The notes beneath the pieces are model-generated. The model worked only from the letters and a program-made list of their open reading frames with translations. It had not been told where the DNA came from and did no database searches. The translations under genes were made by a program, and so were the position numbers. Source: Elsinoe ampelina (Eukaryota). Taken from it: a stretch of DNA of 64,000 nt. This document shows, one piece after another, positions 25,774 to 37,338 of this stretch; within the stretch, counting starts at the first letter, position 1, and every line of letters starts with the position of its first letter. The DNA lies in contig ML992501.1 in assembly GCA_010093995.1 (NCBI GenBank), positions 138,560 to 202,559 on the forward strand, given 5' to 3'.

Positions 25774-26699
25774 ATGGCCACCCCCCGGGTCTTCATCATC
25801 CGCCACGGCGAAACAGAATGGTCCCTCAACGGCCGACACACGGGCACGTCTGACATCCCGCTCACGTCCAACGGGGAGAAACGAATCCGCGCCACGGGGC
25901 GCGCGCTCGTGGGGGATGATAGGCTGATCGTGCCCGGGAATCTGGCCCATGTCTATGTGTCGCCCAGGCATAGGGCGCAGAGGACGTTGGAGTTGTTGGG
26001 GTTGCCTGGGTGTGGGTTGCCTTGGAAGGAGGGAGGGCGTGGGGATGGAGGGAAGCCAGGGGAGGGAGAGGGGAAGGGGACCAAGGCGGAGGTGCAGGTC
26101 ACGGAGGATGTGAGGGAGTGGGATTATGGTGATTATGAGGGGTTGACGAGTGAGACTATCAGGGAGCAGAGGGGGGAGAGGGGGCAAGGGGGGTGGGATA
26201 TTTGGAGGGATGGGTGTCCTGGGGGAGAGTGAGTCTGATCTTCTTTATGGGAAACTTCTAGAGACTACTAGCAAGGGGGACATCTGGAGGAGGGACCCAG
26301 GTGGATTGTATGTGCGCGTGCTGATCATGTAGGTCTCCTCAACAGATTACTGAGCGATTGGACCGAGTCATCGCTGAGATAAGGGAGAAGTTCCATGCAG
26401 CTGCTATTGGGAAGAAGAAGGCGGAGTATGCTGAGCCATATGATGTCCTGATAGTAGCACATGGCCACATCCTGAGAGCTTTTGCTGCAAGATGGGTTGG
26501 TAAGGACATTGCAGACAACCCGAGCTTGATCCTGGAGGCTGGTGGAGTGGGTACCTTGAGGTGAGATCGGTCATAAGAAGACACTTTGACCACGGCTGAC
26601 GCTAGTAGCTACGAGCACCATAGCATCAAGGAGCCGGCGATATTGCTTGGTGGAGCGTTCATGGCGGACTTGGTCAGGGAGGCGGAAGTGCACAACTAG
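25774..26699 (+). CDS. shb17: Histidine phosphatase of the PGM family, sedoheptulose-1,7-bisphosphatase Shb17-like
   Basis: RHGETEWS, EWDYGDYEG, WDIWRDGCPGGE and VAHGHILRAF. Introns 26229..26332 and 26561..26608. Confidence 0.88.
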
Positions 26700-26997
26700 A
26701 TAGCTTCGATCATGAACATAGAGACAGAGCGGTTTCCGGAACATCTGGGGAACAGATATGCTGGCTTGTACATCCTTCTCATGATCTCGGAGAATTGGTG
26801 TGTCCGCTGGAAGATTTCCTATCTGGCCGGCCTGATCAGCTTGCCACTTTGCTCTATCATCACACTTCATATATTCTTAGCCAATAAAGTTTGCCACAGT
26901 AAAGAGTCCATCTGCGAACAACAGTCACTACACCACTGCCAGCTCTGTACGCCAGTCCATTTGCGTCTAAATCGCGTGCCGACATCTGCCACCCGCG

Positions 26998-28143
26998 ATG
27001 TTCGAGTGGCTGTTTGGCAAGTCGTTCAATCCAGACCAAGACATACCAGATCTATCTGGCAAGGTCATTATTGTCACTGGAGGTATGTTTGTTTCATCTC
27101 GTTATATGGATCCCTCTTTACACGTCCAATGGCATCTTGTCTGCCCTCGAGCTATTGGATTCTCCCTAACTCCGTCACTAGGCAACAGTGGTCTGGGTAA
27201 AGAGTCCATCAGACAGTTCGTAAAGCACAAACCGAAGGCTGTGTTCCTTGCTGCTCGGACTGAAGCAAAGGCTCAGAGTGCCATCGAGGAGATCAAGAAG
27301 GAAACACCAGATGCCAACATCCAGTATCTCAATCTTGACCTTGGTGATCTAGACTCCGTGGCAACGGCAGCGAAAGACTTCAACTCCAGAGCTGATAGGC
27401 TGGATATCTTGATGAACAATGCTGGTAGGTCACCTCGATTGCACTCCTTATCAGTACTGCCTCTCTCCATATCAGGCTTGATACTGCAATGTGCTGTGCA
27501 CTATCTTGACCATTTCTAATAACTACCAGGCATGCTAGCCCAAGACTTCTCCCTTACACCCCAAGGCTACGAACTCTCCCTCGGCACCAATCACATGGGC
27601 CACGCGCTTCTCACCAAGCTTCTCCTACCCACCCTCCTCCGCACAGCGGAAGACTCCTCCGCCGACGTCCGCATCGTCAACCTCTCCTCGGTAGGCCACC
27701 ACTTCGCCGCTCTAACCCGCGGCCTGGTCCTCGACGCCCAAGCCTCCGCCAAAGTCTGGAACTGGTCTCGCTACGGCACCAGCAAGCTCGCGAATCTGCT
27801 CCACGCAAGGGCATTGAAGAAGCGCTACCCTCAAATCACAGCAGTAAGCTGCCATCCTGGGACAATCAACACGCAGCTATTCCACGGGGAGAGGGACTGG
27901 TGGGCTGATACGCCCGTGATCGGATTCTTCTTCAGGAACATCCACTATTTCTTGAGCTCGGTGGATTCAGGGGCGAAAAACCAGCTTTGGTGTGCGGTTG
28001 GGCCGAAGGAGGAGGTGAGGAGTGGCTTCTACTTTGAGCCGGTGGGGAAGAGGAGTGGTTGGGGACTGTACACTGGCGAGGCGGAGGCGGAGAGGCTGTG
28101 GGCTTTTACGGAGGAGGAGTTGAGGAAGCAAGGGTATGAGTGA
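26998..28143 (+). CDS. Short-chain dehydrogenase/reductase (retinol dehydrogenase/WWOX-like)
   Basis: VTGG|NSGLG, LMNNAG, NHMGH, YGTSK (YxxxK) and HPG. Introns 27083..27181 and 27425..27529. Confidence 0.92.
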
Positions 28144-28577
28144 GATTGGAAATGACGGTCAAAGATGGGTGTCAAGCAAGATGGAGTGCTGTCGGACAAA
28201 CCTTCTTATATCGATTACCATATTGGTGAACTGCCAGCGACTTGGTATAGGGAACCCCACAAGTTTCTGCAGCAATCGTGAATACTATCTATCTTGTGTC
28301 GAAAGAGGAAGATGTAGAGTGTGAACATGCATGAATAATGGTTGATCTTCCATCAGCCAAGATCTAAGCGAGCCCCACACCTGGCAGAGACGGGTATTCC
28401 CGCATCTGAACTTCTTCGAGTCGGTTTCGATAGGTGCATGCGACATTGCTTGACTTGTTCATAACGCCTGCCCGACGACACTAAAGGTGCAACAGACTGT
28501 CACAATGTTATGAGCCTTTTCTGATCATCTGCAGATATCTACGACTTCTCGTAGCTCATTGCCGTCATACCGCAGCC

Positions 28578-29352
28578 ATGGATCAAGCTAAACTTCAGCG
28601 CATGCAAAATGCTGTGCGCATAGGTGAGTCGACCTATCCAGCACCGAAATCGACCGATTATCGCAGAGCGGGAAGAAATGGAGCTATGGGACTGTACTAA
28701 CACGTTTGCAGGGTAAGATCAATCCCAGACAACCTTCAATTGAGCTATTTCAGCTCCGGCACATCTCAAAGAGAAGACATTGTCACATTCGCTGCGGGCA
28801 ATACGCAACACCATTGCACAAGATGTCAGAGAAGAGAAAGAAAAATGGCTGACATGATTTCTACAACAGTGGCAAGGGAACCCCCCGACGAAAGGTCAAG
28901 AAGGTCCACAAGTCATCCGGCACCGACGACAAGAAGCTCCAGACCACGCTCAAGAAGATGAACGTGCAGCCAATCCAGGCGATAGAGGAGGTCAACATGT
29001 TCAAGTCGGACGGCAACGTCATCCACTTTTCTGCTCCCAAGGGTGAGATTGCTCGGCCTTAAGACAACATCACTCTCACTAACATACGACAGTCCACGCC
29101 TCCGTCCCATCCAACACCTTCGCCGTCTACGGCAACGGAGAGGACAAGGAACTCACCGAGCTTGTCCCCGGTATCCTCAACCAGCTCGGTCCCGACTCAC
29201 TAGCCTCCCTCCGCAAGCTTGCCGAGAGCTACCAGCAGATGCAAAAGGCCCAGGGCGAGGCCGGCGAGGGCGACAAGAAGGATGAAGACGACGATGACAT
29301 TCCGGATCTCGTCGAGGGCCAGAACTTTGAGAAGAGCGGCGAGGTGGAGTAA
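28578..29352 (+). CDS. egd1: Nascent polypeptide-associated complex beta subunit (BTF3)
   Basis: Exons 28578..28623, 28712 (1 nt), 28870..29042 and 29093..29352 give [27 protein letters not shown]...IEEVNMFK...[14 protein letters not shown]...DIPDLVEG. Confidence 0.95.
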
Positions 29353-29852
29353 AGCCTCATAGTTCACAGGAACGATGGCTTGGAATGGGAGAATCATTCT
29401 TGGAGGAACCGAGGCCGCATGGCTGACTTTTATGGTCGGCGAGAAGGGGTGGATGTCGCAATGACTGATGGGAGCATGCATGCCGATGTGACTTCTGTCT
29501 TCAAGTGGCGAACATAGGCAGGACAAAAAGTATGGATCTGTCTTGTGGGTGTGCTATGATTATGTTCTTCCTGTCAACTATCAGTATCAATAAGCAGTGA
29601 ATCGACCTTGATGTCCAAGTCATCGCACATCTTGTGCTGACAATCAGAGACTGGAAAGTTGTCGAAGTGCTTAAGATTGGATTCAACGCTTCTACAAATG
29701 GTCTTTGTTCATTATCTACCATACCTCCTTCCCCACTCCTGCCCGCCGCGCGCCGAGTTGTCAATGGCGCGCACTCAGTCCACTCAGACAGCCACCAGTA
29801 ATGACCGAAGCCCTGTCAAACATGGATGCTACTCCTGCACGTCCCGCTCAAC

Positions 29853-30734
29853 CTAATCCCTGAACTTCCTGTTCTCGTTCTCACCAAACAGCGTCGTTCG
29901 GAGACTAGGTAAAGCATCGGTCTCGAGCAGACGCAGGCGTTCCTCAAAGGTGTTGTTGATATCGATCTTGCCAGTTCCGTTGAGAATGATGACACCTCCA
30001 GCACTACACGAATCAAGTCAGCTGTCTGCCCACTCCGGAGAGGTATACCAAGGTCAACTCACGAATCATCCGGCAACCTATCCTTCTCGTCGACCACAAT
30101 CTCAACATCCTTCTTCAGATTCTCCTTGTACTCCTTCTTCGCCTCCTCGGCCGCCTTCTTCACCAAGTCCACATCCTTCTTCCTGCACCTAATCAACACC
30201 TTCTTCTCATTCATCGCATACGCGCCCTCGAGCAGCAAATTCTTCACCGTCCCCTGATACTTCTTCTCATCCTTGGTGAACTCGCCCAGACGCTTCCTCG
30301 CCTGCTCGAACAGATCATCCAGCAACTCCTGCCTGGCGCTGAGCAGGCGAAGACGCGTCTTGTTGGCGAGTGTAGAGGCGGTGATTTGCTGCGACATGCC
30401 GGCTTGTTTGAACTTCTTCTCGTATTCCGTGTCGATGCCGTCGGTCGAGGATTGCACCAGTTGGGCTTTTTCGGCGGTGAATTCTTCGTCGGCTTTGAGG
30501 TGGATCTCGCGCGCTTTTTCTTGGGCTTCTTGACGGATGAAGGCGGTCATTTTGCGGAGCTCGGCCGCGACCTGGAAGGGGAGGTTAGCTTGATGTTGGT
30601 TGCGCGGATGTATGTTTGAGGGGACGGATAGTAGGAGGATGGTGTGCACAGCAAGCTAGATGCAAGCTGCTGCTGGGGAGAGCACTAGACTATCAACATA
30701 CCTGGTCGTCCGACATGGCGTGGACCTGCGACAT
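29853..30734 (-). CDS. vma4: V-type ATPase subunit E
   Basis: MSDDQ|VAAELRKMTAFIRQEAQEKAREIHLKADEEF and GGVIILNGTGKIDINNTFEERL. Introns 30701..30572 and 30062..30004. Confidence 0.96.
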
Positions 30735-31307
30735 GGTTGCAGTCTAGCTGTACAGCGGCCAGTCAGAATGGGAAGTGTGGCAGGCCAGAAACGTGACCGT
30801 CGCAGATGAGACTATCGATACTGCCGCCTCAACAAGCGATTGGATTGTATATGGAGCGAATGCCTGTGTAGGTCAAGTCTAAAGTGTCGAGGCTCTGTCT
30901 CTGGCCTAGCTCCAGCCTTTCATGACGGAGTGAGGTCAACCAAGCCCAAGCCCGAGCCAACCCAGCAGAGCCGCAATTCAAAGGCCCGGAGATCCCGCCC
31001 GAAACAAGCATACATCTAATCAAGATAATCTGCTGATCCACTTGTCGGCTGGTGACCAGTGACCTGCACTTATGCACACGACATCTTCACATGGACAAGC
31101 CCGACCGTTATTAGATTTGCTTACCGCCCTGATCTCGATAATTTGTCCCACGGTCCTGAGGATATCCTGAGCCGCCTATTGAACGACAATCTCCATCACA
31201 AGCGCAGACCGGTTCCTGGTTCCTGCATTCCCCACATATACGAGCACGATGCGGCGGTGACGACAAAGGGCGCCTTGAACATCGATTGAGAAGGTATCTG
31301 GTGAAGG

Positions 31308-33432
31308 ATGGCGTCTCTGTCTCCTGGGGCGGTGGTAGCGGTATGTTTGGCTGTTTGGAGAGACTCGCGCATGCACTAAAGCATTCCAGATTGGTGTTGT
31401 AGTCGGCCTCATATCAACGTGCGTACAGTCAATAGGCTTGACTCTCCAGCGCAAGTCGCACATCCTGGAAGAAGAGAAGGCGGAGCATCTACCCAAGCGG
31501 GCTCCATATCGGCGACGAAGATGGCAAATAGGAATGTTGCTCTTCTTGCTATCCAACATAGTCGGGTCCTCGATACAAATTACCACCCTTCCTCTTCCGC
31601 TTTTATCCACACTCCAAGCCTCGGGACTGGTTTTCAACGCACTGCTTGCGTCTCTTTTACTCCATGAGCCTTTCACTCGACGAACACTGCTTGGGACGTT
31701 ATTAGTTGCGACTGGCGCCCTGCTCATCTCCTTCTTCTCCGCCCTCCCCGAGCCGTCGCATACACTTTCTCAACTTCTTGCCCTCTTGGTACTGCCGGCT
31801 TTCTTGACATGGATGTCTCTTACACTCTTGCTGGTGGTGGCCATCCTGGTTCTCAACTTCCTTTCCACAAGGCTCCTCCCTCCGCACAGGTTGCGAACTC
31901 CACGAGCCCGGCTTTTTAGGGGAATGTCCTACGGCTTCGTGTCCGGCATATTATCTGCGCATGCTCTCCTGCTAGCAAAGTCCGCTGTCGAGCTACTTGT
32001 ACGCACGATTGTGGACAAGAAGAATCAATTCGGCGAGTACCAATCCTGGCTCCTCATCCTGCTCTTCCTCTTCTTGGCCCTTACCCAGCTGTATTACCTG
32101 CACCATGGTCTGCGTCTCGTCTCTACTAGCATCCTATATCCCTTTGTCTTCTGTATATACAACATCATAGCCATCTTGGACGGACTAATCTACTTCCGCC
32201 AGATGGATAGACTGGCACCACTTTCAGGCGGCTTGATAGCATTAGGCACAGTCGTGCTCTTGACCGGAGTACTCGCGCTGTCATGGCGTTTAAGCGACGA
32301 GACTTCCAACGAAGATGACTCCGACAAAGGCATCAAAGCCGACCTCCCGCACTCAGCCCTCACCCCTGGCCTTGGGCTCGTTGACGAAGAGATCAACGAT
32401 GTTCACACTCCTCTGCGCTCTTACTTCGATCACCCAGAAGAGCATTACCGCGACGACCCGTCAGACTCAGAAACCACCTTCCCAGACTTGACAAACTCCC
32501 CAACCACAAAGACCAACGAAGACGCCTCCGAGCGCGACCCTCTCCTCTCCCAACGCCCTCGCTCCCGCACCAGCAATACCCCATCGCAACAACGCCGCCG
32601 CTCCTCCGCGCGCCGCGAAGCCGCCATGCAACGCCGCCGACGCAGCACCATCAAAGAAGTGCAAACAATCTGGGACGAGCTCCGCGACGAACGAAACTGG
32701 TTCCCACCAACCACCAACCAACGGTCCCCCCGCCTGACCAACCCCGACCGCTACCGCGACGAAGAATCCACCCTCGCCCTCGCCCCGGACTCGGAATCCA
32801 CATCCAACGCCTCCCCCGCCCCCACCGCCCGCCGCGTAGCATGGGACGACAACCACGACGCCCCCACCACCGCCAACCCCAGCGCCAACGCCACACCCAC
32901 CCGCAACCCACGCACAGTGGAAGAACGTCGCGCCCGCTTCACAGGCCGAGAGAAACGCCGCACAGCGCCGCCAGGGACGTACACCTTCGAGAACGTGCTC
33001 AGCTCGCTGCGCTCTTCCGGTCCAGGGGGGAGAGGGGTCAAGCGGACCGTCAGCTGGGGCCAAGGCAGCCAGGGCACGTCCGCGTCGTTGGGAGCGCCGG
33101 GAGGACACGGCGCGGCCGAGGACGGGAGTAGGCCTTTGAGCGCCGGGCTTTTGATACCGGGGCTGTCCCCGCCGAGGAGTGGTGGGAAGAGCGAGGGGAG
33201 GGAAAGGGAGGGTGGTGCCGCGGGGAGTGGGAATGCTGGGTCCAGCGGGGGTGGGGGAGGAGCTTGGACTGGGAGAGGGGAGAGGGAGAGGGTGAGGGTG
33301 CCTAGTGTGGAGAGAGGGAATAGTTTGAGTGAAGAGGAGAGGAGGAAGAGTTGGACGGGCAGTGTCAAGTTGGATTGGTGGCGGAAGAAGAGAAGGGAGG
33401 GGGGAGGGGAAGGGGGTGCTGGAGGGACGTGA
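31308..33432 (+). CDS. NIPA-family magnesium transporter-like membrane protein
   Basis: MASLSPGAVVA|IGVVVGLISTCVQSIGLTLQRKSH, WQIGMLLF, LSTLQASGLVFN and QLYYLHHGL; about 9 TM helices then a disordered tail. Intron 31341..31389. Confidence 0.85.
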
Positions 33433-33874
33433 GACGGGGAAGGGTAAGGGAAAGGGGGATCGCATTAGCGGGGTATAGTTGGGTATTGATTTATTCTTTA
33501 TGATTTCGAATTCTGTCATGAGTGTCGGTGTGGTGCAACAACTGCGATGGTGGAGTCTGGAACCGTCCATGTTGTTATGAATGAGCACGTTTGCATTGAC
33601 AATGTCTCTTACCACTGCTCACACCTCGCCATCTCGCATCAAGCCTTGCAGCACAAGTTCCACGTTCAAGTCCCTTCAAGCAGCCTCAGTAGACAGCTCC
33701 GCCCTTTGTGGTCCTTGCGCTTTCCCGTGGACTTCGTCTCCAGCCATCTTCCTTTGAAGACCGACCATGTCAACGCCTCACAGCCACATTCACAGCCACA
33801 ACCACACCACTATGCATCCACCCTTCATTCCTCCCCTTCCTGCCCTTCCCTCCCATCCTCCCTCCCTTCTGATT

Positions 33875-35762
33875 CTACCAATCATCCTTGTCATCCTCAT
33901 CATCTACAATGCATTAGCAAAACGATTCTCCTACGAGACTGCCCTCGACAGTTCCTTTGAAGAGACTCACCACTATGAGAAACCTTACTCTTCCTCGCGG
34001 CAAGCGCACTAGCCAACGCCCCCGCCAAACCCCCATCTGCGGCCCCCGCCCCTGCTCCTCCACCACTACTACTGCCGGCGGGTGGCTCCGCGCCCGGCAC
34101 CGCAGCTGCGGACCTATCCTTCTTGTCCTTGTCGCTTACCTTCTTCAGTCGAGCACCGCCTCGGATGTCCGCTAGTAAACCACCACGGTCACCGCCGCCT
34201 GCAGGCATCTTCGGTAACGGTGGAGGCGCTGGGGCGTCGCCGTCTACGCCGACGGGTGCGCCGCGCCCGGGAGGAAGTGGTGGTGGAGGCGGGGCGCCCG
34301 AGGAGGGTGGCATTGGAGGTGGTGGGGGAGGTCCAGATGATGATGGTGGCAAGGGAGGCGGAGGAGGCGGACCTGAAGATGAAGGTGGTAAGGGGGGTGG
34401 AGCGGGTGGACCGCCGCCAGGAGGAGGGGGAACTGGTCGAGCTGATGAAGGAGGAAGGGGTGGTGGGGCAGGAGGGCCGGACTCGGCGATCTTGGGAGGT
34501 AAGGGAGGCGGCGGGCCCGGCGAAGAGATATCTGACTGTCGTGGTGGAGGTGGAGGGACCGGACCACGAGCTGGGGGCGGCGGCGGGCCGGAAGGTACGC
34601 GATTGCCGGCAAAGGGTGGTGGAACGCCAAAGCGACTTGAAGAAGGCGATTCTTCTGCTTGTCGTGGTGGAGGAGGGGGCGCTGAACCTGCTGCTGAGAC
34701 TGTTCGATTGCGGTTCGGCGTGGGTGGGGGCACATGAGCAAGCTTTCCAGCATCGGCAATGGGCGGGGGTACTCTGAATCGAGGCTGCGCTGGCGGAGAA
34801 GGTGAGGGTGATGGTGGTCTTTGCCCAGCTGGAGGTCCACCTCGCCGTGATGGAGGAGGCGCAGGTGGTGGTCCTCTTTTCGAATTACCCGAGCTTCCGC
34901 CCGTGGTCTGAGGTGATAGATCTCCAAGCCTGTTGACCGCGCCTCCCGAGGGTGGAGGAGGAGGAGGAGGAGGAGGTGCTCTCCCTGCTGGCTCTGCTGA
35001 CTTGTTCTGCTCCAAGTACGATTTGATAAAGTCGGCATGTTGCTCAATCTGATCTTCCGTAATTCCCATGGCAAGCAAATCATCTAGGACATTCTTCACA
35101 GCAGGATCCGTAAGATCGATTCCAGAGACGGTCTTTGGCGGTGGCGCCGGCGCTGGAGCGTCCCGCGGCGGTATTATTGATGTAGGTGGCTGTTGTGATG
35201 CGCTCGAGTTCCTGTGTCCTGGTAGAAGACTGCTTATGCCAAATCGACTCTTTCCTCCGCTTGTGCTGTTCGGATCATAATTGGACTTTACAGCGGATCC
35301 AAATGGCTTGTTCCTGGTATTCTTGTGCGCATTCTTCTCCCGCTCATCCATCTTCTTCTTGAATTGCTTTGCCTCCTTCTCGTCCACGAATGACAGTCCG
35401 GCCAGACATTGCTCGAGTTCGAAGCTGTGGAAGAAGGTCCGGTCCTGGTTGTACTGGAAGGTGTCGTAGATCTCCTGGTCCCATATGACTCCTCGGTTCC
35501 CTGACTACTTGTCGTCAGCATATTTGACGGCTATGGCATTCATATCACCCACCGAGATGTCTACCAGCTTGATCCAGAATGTGTTTCCTACAAGGTCGTT
35601 CGCTAATACAGCGGCGCCTTGAAGTCCAGTATAAGTCCATCTTTGCCGATTTGGATATGCTATATAAAGTTTGGCGACCGCTACAGCATGAATTTTGTTC
35701 GAAGCCTTTGGGACCGTCCGCTTGACGGTCTGCTTCTCATCGTCCGTAAGTATGGAAGGCAT
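33875..35762 (-). CDS. las17: WASP homolog (WH1, proline-rich, WH2, acidic tail)
   Basis: WH1 domain (AVAVAKLYIAYP...WDQEIY...DRTFFHSFE), polyproline runs, WH2 GLLADIRGGARLKKV and last exon DDEDDKDDW*. Introns 35552..35505 and 33970..33904. Confidence 0.93.
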
Positions 35763-36363
35763 GACTTTTGGGCCGCCGAGCGCGAGTCGATCAGGTCTCG
35801 TGCTGCGTCATGCAGGTGTATGTGGCAGTTATCTTCTACGGCAAGTGTGCTGGTAGTATCCCTGGACTTGGCGAGGGACTGTTCAAAAGTGCTCGTTGAA
35901 TTGGTCGAAGAATGAGTCGGAAAGTGGTAACTTGGATCTTTGATGTCAGGCAGCTGTGATGTTGAGGCTAAGCAGCGTCGGCACGACTGACGCAGCTGCG
36001 GGCAAGGTGAAATCTTGGCAGCCACATGCTTCGGATTTAATGACATGGTGCGCAAGAATTACAGTGGAAGGACAAAATTATTGACCTGAAGAGCCTTTAG
36101 GTTATCTCGACTAGGAGAGCTAGATCCTGCTTGATATTGTTGGTGCACGCTTGACCCGGGGCCATCCATGATGTTCTAACACGATCACGCATCAGCAACG
36201 ACCATGTCGAAAAGAGAGCCAGTAGTGAAGGGCAAAAAACAGCATTGATTGAATCATGTCTACCATGAAACCCGCGCCCAAGCAGAATGCATTCCCGGTC
36301 ATCAACTCTGCCCCAAGCATACTTGCTCGCTCTATGGACAATCCTTCGCCTTTCATACGGTGC

Positions 36364-36957
36364 TCAGATGTCGTCGATATCAACATCTCCGCCACTCTCG
36401 CTGTCATCGTCGTTCGCAAAGTCGAAACCAATACCTTCTTCGTCGCCACCGTAGGTATCTGTCTCGTTGATCTTTGCACTCTCGGGCAGTTCACCGTATC
36501 CTTTGAGTGTTCGGGCCTCGTCGGCAGAGTATTTGAGAATAACGTCGCCCTTTTCATCTTGGTAGTCTCGGAGTGAGAGTAGGATGATGTCGCCTTGGTT
36601 AATCCAGACCTTCTTTCGCAGCTTGCCGCGGATGTGTGCCAGTCTCTTCGTGCCGTCGAAGCACATGGCCTCCAAACGTCCGTTTCCAAGCATCTTTACG
36701 ACCTGGGCGTACTCTGCGTATAATCAGTCTCTGTGTCATGTACAGCCAGAGTGAAGGCTCTGTCATACCTTGTCCCTCCTCCTTGAAAGTCAACTCGCGC
36801 TTCTCATTGTCGTTCTCGTTCTTGCCCCTTCTTCGATTCTTTCCTCCCTGTGCAGTGTGTCAGCGCCTCTTCGGAGAGTCTCATGGAGCCGGGCTTTGAG
36901 AAAAATTCCGCCCGCTACCCAGGACTGGTCGCGTACCTTTCCCTTGTTCTTCGGCAT
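36364..36957 (-). CDS. tif11: Translation initiation factor eIF1A
   Basis: [17 protein letters not shown]...[21 protein letters not shown]...[12 protein letters not shown]. Introns 36936..36848 and 36768..36714. Confidence 0.97.
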
Positions 36958-37338
36958 GTTGACCTGACGGCTTCCTAGCCCCTCGCGCCTGTCTCAGACG
37001 ATAAAGTGTGTGGTGGGCTGTTTGGCAAAGGCTGAGCTGGGTGTAGTGAGTTTGTGAAGGTGAGTGTTGAGTAGAGGGACTGAGGTTAAGGACAAAGTCG
37101 TGTCGGTGAGAGAGATGCCCAAGTAGAGTGGCAGACGCAGATGACACATGCAGGCGCTGGCGGGGCTTTGCTTCAAAGCCCAAGCCGGCGGGCGGCTTCC
37201 CTTTCCAGAAGCGTCATTGTGGACGGCTGAATCTCGGGCAAATGTTCATCTCAAGCTTCACTTGCTGAAGCGACGTGCGCGAACCTTACTGCACACTGTC
37301 ACCACGTCACGAGGTCCGCTGTGCCTCGACACACTTAT

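Noticed and set aside
32467..33615. 382-aa antisense ORF, plus similar ORFs at 3404..4357, 2634..3488 and 34244..35083
   Set aside because: These are shadow frames of real genes in C/G-skewed sequence where stop codons are rare; they are low complexity with no domain.
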